From contig CAZANC010000001.1 of the NCBI GenBank assembly GCA_964486495.1, positions 1-43,314 on the forward strand: 43,314 nt of DNA, given 5' to 3'. The position numbers and the translations under genes are program-made. This DNA is from an uncultured Terracidiphilus sp. (GTDB lineage Bacteria; Acidobacteriota; Terriglobia; Terriglobales; Acidobacteriaceae). The notes under the pieces were generated by a model, which ran no database searches, was not told the origin of the DNA, and saw nothing but the letters and a program-made list of their open reading frames with translations. Below, piece by piece: positions 26,994-37,015 of the stretch (positions are counted from its first letter, which is position 1; each line of letters begins with the position of its first letter).

Positions 26994-27057
26994 CAACAAA
27001 GGAATGACAATTAGCTGACTGCCGCATGACACGCGGGAGATCGTGGATCTTTAAGTT
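26994..27057 (+). promoter_or_regulatory. 11-bp-period repeat array plus -10 for the EPS operon
   Basis: CAACA 26994, TGACA 27005, TGACT 27016, TGACA 27027; TAAGTT at 27052. Confidence 0.8.
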
Positions 27058-27080
27058 CGAATGCGACGAGCTATTCACTT

Positions 27081-30000
27081 ATGCCTCACCCTCTCCCACA
27101 CTTCGCTGACGAGATCCAGGCAGGCCGAACCTTGCGGCGATGTCTGCGAGCCTTTGCTTTGCTCATCTCGATAAGCTTTCTCTTCATCGGCCAGCGCGCA
27201 GCACTCGGCCAGATTCCCGAAGCGAACGATTCGCCACAAGGATTGAGCCAGCAAAACTCAGGCCGGGGCGCAGGTTCCACGTTCGGAGCGCAGGGCAATG
27301 CCGAAGCCGAAGATGAAAATCGCGATTCCCTCTTCGGCGATGCAAGCGCCGCACCCTTTCAGGAACTTCCGGCAAGTCAGATTGACGACATCCTCGCGCA
27401 GAATCCCGATCTTCTGACGGAACTCAAGTCGCAACTTGCGGAACGCCTGGGGCAGCAAGGGGTCGAGGTGGACCCGGACAATATCTCCGATCGGATGATC
27501 TACAGCCAGGTTGCCACGAGCCCGAGTTTCAGGGCGAATATCACAGCGGTTCTGCAGGCGCGCGGCTTCGAAACAGGTGGCGAGCTACTACCAGCGCAAT
27601 CGAGCGCAGGCGACCTCGCACTCGGCACCGTGCCCTCAGCTCAGGACGCTTTTTCTTCGCAAGATGCGGGATCGCCCATCGCGCCGGAGTCCGGTTCACT
27701 TACGGGCGCCGATTTGGCGAGCATGAACTGGAGCAGCGCTAGGACGGTCCCACTCGCGACGCGCCCCGATGCGAGCGGGCCTGGCCTCCGGTCAAGCCCA
27801 CGTGCATCAGAAAAAGCGAATGCGTCCACCGATGCGCCCACGGTTCTTCATCAGCCAACGCCGCTCGACTTGCAATCGATGCGCGATCTCTACGCGCAGA
27901 TTCCAAACGACACCGTCAAGCTGCAGCGATTCGGCTCCGATGTTTTCGTCAATCGATCCGCCACTGCGGTTGCGCGGGGAGCGACGGGTCTTGCCACGCC
28001 GCTCGATGTGCCTTTGGGCCCCGACTACGTAGTTGGTGCGGGCGATAGACTAACCATCGATCTTTGGGGCGGCACGACACAGAGCATCACGCGTACGATC
28101 GACAGCGATGGCCACATTTTTCTTCCCGAGGCCGGCGTTGTAGAGATTGCGGGGCTGGAACTCGATAAAGCGCAGGGCCTCATCGCCGATGCGCTCAAGC
28201 AGCAGTTCCGTAATGCGCAGGTTGACGTCACTGTTTCCGGTTTGCGTTCCGTCCGCGTGTACGTGGTGGGCGATGTGCAGCGTCCTGGCGGATACGACAT
28301 CAGTTCGCTGGCAACGCCATTGAGCGCACTCTATGCAGCCGGCGGCCCCACAGCTGTGGGCTCATTGCGCACGCTGCATCACTATCGCGGCAAGCAACTG
28401 GTTGAGGACATTGACCTCTACGACTTCCTGCTTCACGGCCTCCGCGGTGCGACTGCACACTTCGAAAGCGGCGATACGCTTCTTGTTCCACCCGCTGGTC
28501 CGCAGATTGCGATCTCCGGCGCGGTCAAGCGCCAGGCAATTTACGAACTCAAGTCTGATGAGACGATGCTCTCCACGGTGATCGATGACGCCGGTGGATT
28601 TACCGCTGCCGCATCGATCAGCCACGTGCGAATTGAAAGAATCGATGACAACCATCAGCGTGTGACGGTCACTCTTCCTGACGGCGGTGAGCGCGGCACG
28701 AAAGAGGAGAACGACGCAATCGCCAAATTCGGAGTGAAGGACGGCGACCGGATTCGTGTTGAACCGATCCTCCCTTATAGTCAGCGGGCCGTTTATCTCG
28801 CAGGCCACGTGGTACGGCCCGGGCGCCTGGCTTACACCGATGGAATGCGGCTGAGCGATGTGATTGGCAGCTACCAGGATCTTCTGCCAGAGGCCGCCGC
28901 TCACGGCGAGATTGTTCGCCTCGTTCCGCCCGATCTGCATGCGGAGACGATTGCATTCGACGTCCCCGATCTACTCATCGGCAACGCAAATGTCGATCTG
29001 CAACCCTTTGATACGATTCGCGTCTTCGGCCGCTACCAGGTGGACGCGCCCACTGTGACCATTCGCGGCGAAGTGTTGCGGCCGGGAAATTATCCAATGT
29101 CGAAGGGAATGACCGCGGCGCAACTCGTGCGCATGGCGGGGGGATTCAAGCGCGACGCTCTGGTAGAAACCGCCGATCTGACCAGCCACCAGGTGAGCGG
29201 CGGAAACCAGGTGGCTGAGAGCCTGGCGACCGTGCGCATTGGCGCGGCGATTACCGGAAGCGATCCCGGCGCTGACGTCCCCCTTAAGCCCGGTGACATA
29301 CTCGCCATCCACCAGATCACGAACTGGAGCGACATCGGCGAGTCAGTCATGATTGAAGGCGAAGTCAAGTACCCTGGCAGCTACGGTTTTCACGATGGCG
29401 AGCGGCTGAGCTCGGTTTTGCGCAGGGCAGGCGGCTTGCTCCCGACAGCCTATCCGTTGGGCGCGGTGCTGGTTCGAGAGCAAGTGAAGCAGCTCGAACA
29501 GAGCAGCCGTGACGAGTTGATTCGCCAGATTGAAACCAGTTCTGCTGCGGCGCGGCTTTCGCCGAATCTCTCTTCGAGCAATTCCGGGGGCGCACTTCAG
29601 CTCATTAAGGAACAGCAGGACCAAGTGATTGAAGATCTGAAGAGCCATCCCCCCACGGGCCGCATGGTCATTCACATCTCAGCCGACAGTGAAAGCTGGA
29701 CAGATACGCCGGCGGATATCGAGCTACGGCGCGACGACGTATTGACGATCCCGAAGCAGCCGGGCTTCGTGCTCGTCACGGGCCAGGTCTATAACGCAAC
29801 CGCGCTTACGTTTACACCCGGCAAATCGGCTGGTTGGTATCTGGGGCGCGCCGGCGGCACGAATGCGACCGCAAACCGGAAGGACATTTTCATTATTCGT
29901 GCCAATGGATCGGTTGTCGGGCGCCACTCCGATGGGCCATTTGCCGCGGACGTACTCTCGACGAAGCTCAATCCTGGCGACGTGATCGTGGTTCCGCAAA

Positions 30001-30101
30001 AGATCATCGGCGGATCGCTGTTCTGGAGAAATCTGCTTTCCACTGGGCAGCTTGCTGGCTCGGTTGCCATCACCGCAGCCGTGGCGGCCGCGGCGCTATA
30101 G
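27081..30101 (+). CDS. Large polysaccharide export protein (Poly_export plus multiple SLBB domains, Wza/OPX-like)
   Basis: DYVVGAGD.L.I..WG...DG.IFLP Poly_export motif and repeated 'V.GEV..PG.Y' SLBB units. Confidence 0.93.
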   Translation: MPHPLPHFADEIQAGRTLRRCLRAFALLISISFLFIGQRAALGQIPEANDSPQGLSQQNSGRGAGSTFGAQGNAEAEDENRDSLFGDASAAPFQELPASQIDDILAQNPDLLTELKSQLAERLGQQGVEVDPDNISDRMIYSQVATSPSFRANITAVLQARGFETGGELLPAQSSAGDLALGTVPSAQDAFSSQDAGSPIAPESGSLTGADLASMNWSSARTVPLATRPDASGPGLRSSPRASEKANASTDAPTVLHQPTPLDLQSMRDLYAQIPNDTVKLQRFGSDVFVNRSATAVARGATGLATPLDVPLGPDYVVGAGDRLTIDLWGGTTQSITRTIDSDGHIFLPEAGVVEIAGLELDKAQGLIADALKQQFRNAQVDVTVSGLRSVRVYVVGDVQRPGGYDISSLATPLSALYAAGGPTAVGSLRTLHHYRGKQLVEDIDLYDFLLHGLRGATAHFESGDTLLVPPAGPQIAISGAVKRQAIYELKSDETMLSTVIDDAGGFTAAASISHVRIERIDDNHQRVTVTLPDGGERGTKEENDAIAKFGVKDGDRIRVEPILPYSQRAVYLAGHVVRPGRLAYTDGMRLSDVIGSYQDLLPEAAAHGEIVRLVPPDLHAETIAFDVPDLLIGNANVDLQPFDTIRVFGRYQVDAPTVTIRGEVLRPGNYPMSKGMTAAQLVRMAGGFKRDALVETADLTSHQVSGGNQVAESLATVRIGAAITGSDPGADVPLKPGDILAIHQITNWSDIGESVMIEGEVKYPGSYGFHDGERLSSVLRRAGGLLPTAYPLGAVLVREQVKQLEQSSRDELIRQIETSSAAARLSPNLSSSNSGGALQLIKEQQDQVIEDLKSHPPTGRMVIHISADSESWTDTPADIELRRDDVLTIPKQPGFVLVTGQVYNATALTFTPGKSAGWYLGRAGGTNATANRKDIFIIRANGSVVGRHSDGPFAADVLSTKLNPGDVIVVPQKIIGGSLFWRNLLSTGQLAGSVAITAAVAAAAL

Positions 30102-30114
30102 GAGCGAGAACCAG

Positions 30115-31440
30115 ATGACGCCGAGCACCGCCTTTGCGACCCATGACCGAGACGACCCAATTGTCCTTGCCCCGGAGCCTCGCTGGGTGCTTCACGCGCG
30201 GGTGCTCTGGACGCACCGTCGAATGCTCGCAAAGGTCACTGGGATCTCGTTCCTCATCAGCTTTGCAATCGCATTTGCAATTCCAAAGCAGTACAAATCC
30301 ACGACGAGTATCATGCCACCCGATCAGCAGAGCTCCAGCGCAATGATGCTCGCCGCGCTTGCAGGACATCTCGGCAGCCTTGGAGCGCTCGGAAGCCTGG
30401 CGGGAGGCCTGACGGGTGCGCATTCTTCCGCCGATCTCTTCATCAACCTCCTGCGCAGCGGAACCGTGAGCAGTCACTTGATCGATCGATTCAATCTGCA
30501 GCACGTCTATCGCAAACGCTATCGCATCGACACGGCGAAGCACCTGGCGCACCTGACGAAGATCACCGAAGACAAGAAAAGCGGCGTCATCACCATCGAG
30601 GTTGAAGACACCGATCGCGAGCGCGCCCGAAATCTCGCGCAGGGCTATCTTGACGAACTCAATCAGCTCGTAATGCAAACCAATACGTCGGCTGCGCATC
30701 GCGAGCGGATCTTCATCGAACAACGCCTGCACACTGTGCAGGAGGATCTTGAAGACGCGGAGCTCAAGCTCAGCCAGTTTTCGAGTGACTCGAATGCCAT
30801 AGACATCAAGGAACAAACGCGCGCCATGGTCGACGCCGGAGCGCGCGTGCAGGCGGAGTTGATTGTCGAGCAGTCGGGGCTAGAGGCGCTGAAACAAATC
30901 TACGGCGACGGCAATATACGCGTCCGTGAGTCGGAAGCGCGCATCTCCAGCTTGCAGGCGCGCCTTGCGCACATGACTGGCTCTCCTGCTGGACCCATCA
31001 GTGAAAACCAACCCGGCTCGGGATCGAACGCGGAGCAAAACAGTGACTCAACAGAGCTGTATCCTCCATTGCGCGCTCTTCCGCGGCTGGCTGTGCCTTA
31101 TGCCGACCTCTATCGACGCGTGCAGGTGCAGGAGGCAGTCTTTCAGCTTCTGACCCAGCAGTACGAGTCGGCGCGCATTGAAGAAGCCAAGGACGTTCCG
31201 CCCGTGATTGTCATCGATCCGCCTGGAATCCCGGAGAAAAAGTCGTTTCCGCCAAGGCTTTGGGTTACGCTCCTGCTCACGTTCCTCACTGTCGCATGTA
31301 CGTCGGCCACTCTATTGGCGCGCCATTATTGGCTTGCAATCTCCGACGGCGATCCGCGCAAGGAATTTGCCACCGAAGTGATTCCAGTCCTGCGGCGTCG
31401 CGCACGCATGTTCTTCGTTTTTGGTCGAGGTGCTGCGTGA
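30115..31440 (+). CDS. Polysaccharide co-polymerase/chain-length determinant (Wzz/GNVR type, no kinase domain)
   Basis: Two TM segments flanking a coiled coil, 'PKQYKS', 'VIDPP..PEKKSFP'; GGAG RBS before ATG 30115. Confidence 0.88.
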   Translation: MTPSTAFATHDRDDPIVLAPEPRWVLHARVLWTHRRMLAKVTGISFLISFAIAFAIPKQYKSTTSIMPPDQQSSSAMMLAALAGHLGSLGALGSLAGGLTGAHSSADLFINLLRSGTVSSHLIDRFNLQHVYRKRYRIDTAKHLAHLTKITEDKKSGVITIEVEDTDRERARNLAQGYLDELNQLVMQTNTSAAHRERIFIEQRLHTVQEDLEDAELKLSQFSSDSNAIDIKEQTRAMVDAGARVQAELIVEQSGLEALKQIYGDGNIRVRESEARISSLQARLAHMTGSPAGPISENQPGSGSNAEQNSDSTELYPPLRALPRLAVPYADLYRRVQVQEAVFQLLTQQYESARIEEAKDVPPVIVIDPPGIPEKKSFPPRLWVTLLLTFLTVACTSATLLARHYWLAISDGDPRKEFATEVIPVLRRRARMFFVFGRGAA

Positions 31441-32774
31441 GACGGCATCTGACCAACGCGGGTTACGGCGTGCTCGACTATATCTCGTATCCCGCCGGCA
31501 TGTTGCTGGTGGCGCCGCTGGTGCTGCACAAGATGGGGGCGGCCGAGTACGGGTTGTGGATGATCGCGACCTCGGTGATCAGCGCGGGCGGAATCATCGC
31601 GTCGGGATTCGGTGACGCCTGCATCCAGCGCGTTGCGCACCTGCGCGGATCCGGGGAGCTCACATTGATGCCCGATGCGATCCGCAGCCTGCTGGGCATG
31701 AATCTGCTCCTCAGCCTGTTGCTGTGCGCTGGCGTGTGGTCCGCAGCACCATTCGCTGCATCACGAGTTGCAGTCTCGGGGCTTGCGTCACCAGTGGAAT
31801 GCCTCATCTGCCTCCGCATCGCCGCCATCGCGATCGTATTCCGCGCGGTTGAAAGTGTCGCGGTGGGCGCACAGCGCGCCTTCGAGAGGTATCGCGGCAC
31901 TGTGCAGATCAGCACGGTCATGCGGCTTCTCACACTCGCGAGCGCAGCGGTGCTTGCACTGCTCGGCCTTCGGAGCGTCAGCATCCTGGTGGCAACCGTC
32001 GCGCTTCTCGCTCTCGGCGTCTGGATGCAGTTCCGCGAGCTTGCGCGGCTCACGTCGGCGAGTTCTTTCCTGCCCGCTTTTCACCCGCGCGAAACACGTC
32101 TTATGTTGCGTCAGGGTTTCTTCGTCTGGCTGCAGGCTCTCGGTGGAGTTGTCTTCGGACAGTTTGACCGCATCTTTCTTGGCGTCGCGCTCGGCGCTTT
32201 CGCAGTCACTCCCTACGCGCTGTGCGTTCAATTCGCGCATCCCATTTATGGACTTGCGGCCTCCGGCCTCAACTTTTTCTTTCCCTATCTTTCTTCGCGC
32301 GCGGGAAATACTTCACGGGAAGCGCTGAAACAAGCAATCACGAATGCGTTCGTCTGTAACCTGATTCTCGTGACCGGCGCCGCTGCGCTCTTGCTGATTT
32401 TTGGCGATCGCTTGATTCGCATCTGGGCCGGGCCAGCGGTTGCTCTGAGTTCGGCGAGCATTCTGCCGCCTATTGTTATCGGATCGGCTCTCGCGGGTCT
32501 GAGCGTGACCGGCACCTATGCCATGCAGGCGCTCGGCGAATTCCGGATCGTCTCGCTCATCAGCCTTGCCGGAAGGACAGCGATTCTCCTGCTGATGATC
32601 GAGATGTTGCGCCACCAGGGTCTGCAAGGCCTCGCGCTCTCGCGTTTCTTCTATGGTTCGATCGCATTGCTGGTCTATCTGCCTCTCGCAAAGCAGCTGC
32701 GCGCGAGCGGCGGCCGTTCGCGCGCAGCTGCCCTAACCATTCCACTCGAGGCGACGGAGGCGTCAAAGTCATGA
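31437..32774 (+). CDS. Wzx-type oligosaccharide flippase
   Basis: Multi-TM protein, 'MGAAEYGLW', 'QFDRIFLG', 'IRIWAG'; GTGA overlap with the upstream gene. Confidence 0.88.
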   Translation: MRRHLTNAGYGVLDYISYPAGMLLVAPLVLHKMGAAEYGLWMIATSVISAGGIIASGFGDACIQRVAHLRGSGELTLMPDAIRSLLGMNLLLSLLLCAGVWSAAPFAASRVAVSGLASPVECLICLRIAAIAIVFRAVESVAVGAQRAFERYRGTVQISTVMRLLTLASAAVLALLGLRSVSILVATVALLALGVWMQFRELARLTSASSFLPAFHPRETRLMLRQGFFVWLQALGGVVFGQFDRIFLGVALGAFAVTPYALCVQFAHPIYGLAASGLNFFFPYLSSRAGNTSREALKQAITNAFVCNLILVTGAAALLLIFGDRLIRIWAGPAVALSSASILPPIVIGSALAGLSVTGTYAMQALGEFRIVSLISLAGRTAILLLMIEMLRHQGLQGLALSRFFYGSIALLVYLPLAKQLRASGGRSRAAALTIPLEATEASKS

Positions 32775-33991
32775 AGGTTCTCATCGCCGCCGTGTCCCAC
32801 GCCACAAGCATCTCCGGCGTACAGCGCCATGCGCTGAATATGGTGCGGTGCCTTTTGCCGCGGCAGGAGACCGACGAAATCCATTTCGTTGTGGCGCCGT
32901 GGCAGTGCAGGATGGTCGAGGCTGCGAGACTTCCTGTCGATCATCGTTTGCAAATTCATATCGCAGACATCGATCGCGGTTCGCTGAGCCGCAACCTCTG
33001 GCACTACCGCAAGCTACCCGAGCTAGCGAAGCAATTGAATGCCGACGTTGTTCATCTCTCGTATCCCGTGCCGTTGAACGCGCGTGCGTTCCCTTGTCCA
33101 ACGGTTGTCACGCTGCACGATATGTATCCTTACGAGATTCCCATGAACTTCGGATTTCCGAAGTTCCTCTTCAATCGCGCGATATTGCGCCAGTGCCTGC
33201 GCGCGGCGGATGCGATCGCCTGCGTCTCAGATGCGACGCGGATGCGGCTCAAGCAGTATGCGCCGGCTGGTGTCTGGAAGAAAGCGGTTCGCATCTACAA
33301 CTGCGTTGAGTCCGAGCTAATTGCTGAGGCCAATTCGCCGATTCCCCGCTGGAAGGGCGAGACTTTTCTCCTTTGCATTGCGCAGCATCGCCGTAACAAG
33401 AACATTCCACTGTTGATTCGCGCGTTCGATCGGCTTCTCCGCTCGGAGTGGATCGACGCCCAATCGAAATTGATTGTGATCGGTATGCGCGGACCCGAGA
33501 CGGCGTCAATTCATCGTCTCGTACGCGAAACCCGCCGGGAGCGAAGCGTGCATCTTCTTGAGGGCCTCTCTGAAACCGAACTGCAATGGTGCTACCGCAA
33601 CTGCGCCGCTCTGGTGGCACCCTCGCTCACGGAGGGCTTCGGCCTTCCTATTGCCGAGGGACTTCTCGCAGGCTGCAGGGTCGTCTGTTCCAATATCCCG
33701 GCGCATCGCGAGATCGGCGAGCGGAGTTGCCAATTTGTAACGCTCCGGGAGCACCCAGCCCAGGCGCTCGCGGCAGCGATTGCAGACACGCTGCATGAGC
33801 CAAAGCCAGAACCTATCGAGCTCCCACAGTTTTCCGCTGCTGCGCTCGCTGAGGATTATTGGGCGCTTTATCGCAGGCTCATCGCGTCCGCAGCGTCCGC
33901 GTGGTCAACTGGCCCAGCGATCGCGCCTGGAGCTGATATTTCGATCACCGTTCCAGAGAGCCAATCGGCACTGGTTTACCGGGGGAAATGA
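32771..33991 (+). CDS. GT4-family glycosyltransferase
   Basis: VVTLHD, RNKN, PSLTEGFGLPIAEG (ExxxxxxxE), SNIP. Confidence 0.93.
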   Translation: MKVLIAAVSHATSISGVQRHALNMVRCLLPRQETDEIHFVVAPWQCRMVEAARLPVDHRLQIHIADIDRGSLSRNLWHYRKLPELAKQLNADVVHLSYPVPLNARAFPCPTVVTLHDMYPYEIPMNFGFPKFLFNRAILRQCLRAADAIACVSDATRMRLKQYAPAGVWKKAVRIYNCVESELIAEANSPIPRWKGETFLLCIAQHRRNKNIPLLIRAFDRLLRSEWIDAQSKLIVIGMRGPETASIHRLVRETRRERSVHLLEGLSETELQWCYRNCAALVAPSLTEGFGLPIAEGLLAGCRVVCSNIPAHREIGERSCQFVTLREHPAQALAAAIADTLHEPKPEPIELPQFSAAALAEDYWALYRRLIASAASAWSTGPAIAPGADISITVPESQSALVYRGK

Positions 33992-35463
33992 CCGTGGCCG
34001 CGCCAGATCTCTTCGCTTCAAATCTCTACGTCGAGACCGTCGCACCTCCTCGCGCTGCGCGCCGCACAGTTTCGCGCCAATTTTTCAGAGCTGCGATGGC
34101 CTTCGCTGAGATTGCGGCCGACTTCACGGCCTGCGTGGCCGGCACGATTGCGGCCTACGCCTGCACTGCATTGGCGATCATTTCTTCATCCGTTCCTGGC
34201 GCACTCCGAAGTGCTGCGCCGCTTGGCGCGGCATTCGGCCTCATTGTGGTTGTCCTTTTCTATCGCGATGGCGCCTATCGCAAGAGCCGCGGTCTGCTGC
34301 AGATTCGCGAAACGGAGCGCGCCGTCAGAGTCCCGGCTCAGGCGCTATTCTTACTACTTTCGATCAGATCGCTCCTGGGTCTTGGTGTTTCCTGGCTGCA
34401 ATCACTTGTTGCCTTGTTTGCCGTTTCCATGCTCATGATTCTGGAAAAGCAGTTCTTTTCCTGGATCGCCAGGAGACTCCACAAGTGGCAGAATTGCAGT
34501 GTCCGAACTGTGATCTATGGCGCGAGCGAATTGGGAAGACGCGCCATTTCCAATCTCCTCCAAACCCCCAGGATCGGCCTTGATCCAGTCGCGGTGATCG
34601 ACGAGCCCGCCAGTACTGGAAGTCACATTCTCGAAATGGGATACCGGGGACGCCGATCCATTCCCGTAGTGCATCGGCGCCTCACCGCGTCGCTTCTCAA
34701 GGCGCATCAATGCGAGATGCTATTACTCGCAGCTTCCGGCCTTTCCGCGAACGAACTTGCCGCAGCCGCATATGTTGCGCACCAAGCCGGTGCTGACGTT
34801 GCTTGGCTTCGCGATTTACGACCCTCTGACGAACCATCCGGCGAAACGATCGACCTGGACGGGACCGTGTTCGTCACATCACGAGAGTGCCCTGGCCGGT
34901 GGCTTTACCTGATCTTCAAGCGAATCGCGGACATTCTCATCTCTTCGCTTCTCATCGTTTTGCTGGCTCCGCTTCTCGCTTTGATCGCAATTCTCGTTCG
35001 CCTCGATTCGCCCGGGCCGGCGTTTTTCGTGCAAGAACGGGTTGGGCGTAACGGCGAGTTATTTGGCATGTTCAAGCTTCGATCGATGTTCATCGGCGCA
35101 CCCAGGTACGCGAGGTCTCCAAGCACATCCAGCGATCCTCGCATCACTCGCATCGGAAGAGTGCTGCGCCGTTTGAGCCTCGACGAGCTGCCGCAGCTTT
35201 TCAATGTTCTGATGGGCACGATGTCCCTCGTTGGGCCACGCCCCGAGATGCCCTTTATCGTTGAGCACTACGGTGCGAGGCAGCGGACCCGCCTCCAAGT
35301 GAAACCCGGCATCACCGGCCTTTGGCAGCTCAGCGCTGATCGCGGGTTTCCCATCCATCAAAACATCGAATACGACCTTTACTACATCCGTAATCGAACC
35401 TTTGCGATGGATGCCGCGATCCTGGTTCACACTTTGATCTTTGCATTGTGCGGAGGCATATGA
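33988..35463 (+). CDS. Polyprenyl-phosphate sugar-1-phosphate transferase (WcaJ/WbaP family)
   Basis: KRIADI, FKLRSM, DPRIT, SLDELPQLFNVL.G.MSLVGPRP, KPGITGLWQ, DLYYI. Confidence 0.94.
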   Translation: MTVAAPDLFASNLYVETVAPPRAARRTVSRQFFRAAMAFAEIAADFTACVAGTIAAYACTALAIISSSVPGALRSAAPLGAAFGLIVVVLFYRDGAYRKSRGLLQIRETERAVRVPAQALFLLLSIRSLLGLGVSWLQSLVALFAVSMLMILEKQFFSWIARRLHKWQNCSVRTVIYGASELGRRAISNLLQTPRIGLDPVAVIDEPASTGSHILEMGYRGRRSIPVVHRRLTASLLKAHQCEMLLLAASGLSANELAAAAYVAHQAGADVAWLRDLRPSDEPSGETIDLDGTVFVTSRECPGRWLYLIFKRIADILISSLLIVLLAPLLALIAILVRLDSPGPAFFVQERVGRNGELFGMFKLRSMFIGAPRYARSPSTSSDPRITRIGRVLRRLSLDELPQLFNVLMGTMSLVGPRPEMPFIVEHYGARQRTRLQVKPGITGLWQLSADRGFPIHQNIEYDLYYIRNRTFAMDAAILVHTLIFALCGGI

Positions 35464-36359
35464 ATCATGCAATCGTCAATCCAATCGTCGATTCTGGCGA
35501 AATCAGAATGGACGGTCAGGGCCGGCTGCTGACTCGGCCACCTGCGTCCTCAACCCCTTCCATTGCACACAGGCATGCCGACGTACTTGGCGTGAAGGTT
35601 TCCGCGATTGACATGGAGCGCGCTCTCGAACTCGCCGTGCGATGGATCCAGCGCGGCGATCCCGGCTACGTTTGCTTTGCCGGCGTGCACGGCGTGATGG
35701 AGGCGCAACGCGATCGCGAATTGCTGGGGATATTTAACCACGCAGCAATGGCTGCGCCTGACGGCATGCCGATGACATGGGTCGGCCGCTTTCGCGGACA
35801 TCGCCACATGGACCGCGTATTCGGCCCGGAATTCATGCTGGAGATGTGCCGAATTTCAGTCGAGCGTGGCTACCGGAATTTCCTCTACGGGGGCAAGCTG
35901 GGTGTGGCCGAGAGGCTGAGCGAAAATCTGCAGCGCAGATTGCCTGGACTCCAGATCGTCGGAACCTTCGCGCCTCCTTTCCGTACTCTCCACGCGGAGG
36001 AAGCGGCCGAGTTGGTCGCCCTGGTGCGGCAAGCCAGGCCCCACATTCTTTGGGTCGGCCTCAGCACGCCCAAACAGGAGCGGTTCATGGCGCAGTTTGT
36101 CGACCGGCTCGAGGTTCCATTGCTGGCTGGCGTAGGCGCTGCATTCGACTTTCACACGGGCGCAATTCGCGACTGCTCCAGCTGGGTCAAACGCGCCGGC
36201 TTGCAATGGCTGCATCGTTTGGCGCAGGAACCAGACCGCCTGTGGAAGCGCTACCTCACCAACAATCCGGCATTCCTCTGGAAGATTGCGCTGCTGTTGG
36301 CAGCTTCGCGTCCGAAGTGGTGCTGGCCCCAGCCTTTCCGAGGAGAAGTCAAACAATAG
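35460..36359 (+). CDS. WecB/TagA/CpsF-family (GT26) glycosyltransferase
   Basis: PDGMP, RVFGPE, WVGLSTPKQE, GVGAAFDF, GLQWLHRL..EP.RLWKRY. Confidence 0.94.
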   Translation: MNHAIVNPIVDSGEIRMDGQGRLLTRPPASSTPSIAHRHADVLGVKVSAIDMERALELAVRWIQRGDPGYVCFAGVHGVMEAQRDRELLGIFNHAAMAAPDGMPMTWVGRFRGHRHMDRVFGPEFMLEMCRISVERGYRNFLYGGKLGVAERLSENLQRRLPGLQIVGTFAPPFRTLHAEEAAELVALVRQARPHILWVGLSTPKQERFMAQFVDRLEVPLLAGVGAAFDFHTGAIRDCSSWVKRAGLQWLHRLAQEPDRLWKRYLTNNPAFLWKIALLLAASRPKWCWPQPFRGEVKQ

Positions 36360-36361
36360 CT

Positions 36362-37015
36362 TCAGCCACGCTCATCGCTTCTGCCAACGGGATAGTGGTC
36401 GGTGACGCGACGTAACTGAAAACGCCGTACTTGAACTCCGATGGACTGGTTCTTTCGATGCAAATGTTCCCGGAGATAAACGTTCTCCTTCTCCAATCTT
36501 GCCTTCAGGGTGGCAATCTCCTGGTAGGACTGCATGTTCTGAGCCGCCAGTGCAACCTGGTTCGCCACTTCCTGCAGGAAAACGGCATCCTCTTCCGAAT
36601 ACCGATCCTTTTGCTGGCTCACTACGCTGAGCAGTCCGATACACCTCCCTTGAAGGGCAAGGGGCACGACGCACAACGACTGGATGCCCTCTGCAGAGAG
36701 GCGGTGCTCATTGAGATACTGCTGCTCTTTTTCAAGATCGCCGCGCACCAGAGGTCGCAAATGTTCGAATACCCAACTTCCGCAGGTCTCGTTGCGGCTA
36801 AACTCCAGCCCCGTTTGAAAATAGTCCGAGTGGAGTTCTCCCGCCACGGCGATGAAACGGAAAGAATCTGTCTCCGGCTGATAAAGGGTAATCGCGCATC
36901 GGTCAAATGGGAAGACAGGCTGCAAGGCCTCGGAAATGGAATGCAGAAGTGCCTGCTGCCGTTCATTCAGCTTTAAATGACAAAGGGATGACAAGAAAGC
37001 GAGCAGGTGCCACAT
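36362..37015 (-). pseudogene. Truncated GAF-domain fragment of an FhlA-like sigma-54 activator
   Basis: GAF domain then 'YQEIATLKARLEKENVYLRE'. Similarity to the family stops just before the expected AAA+ domain, and the N-terminus also looks degraded. Confidence 0.72.

Noticed and set aside
2109-27031. TGACA repeats read as ordinary sigma-70 -35 boxes (TTGACA)
   Set aside because: They occur as 11-bp-phased arrays and the gap to the -10 is 20-21 bp rather than ~17 bp, which fits activator sites better.
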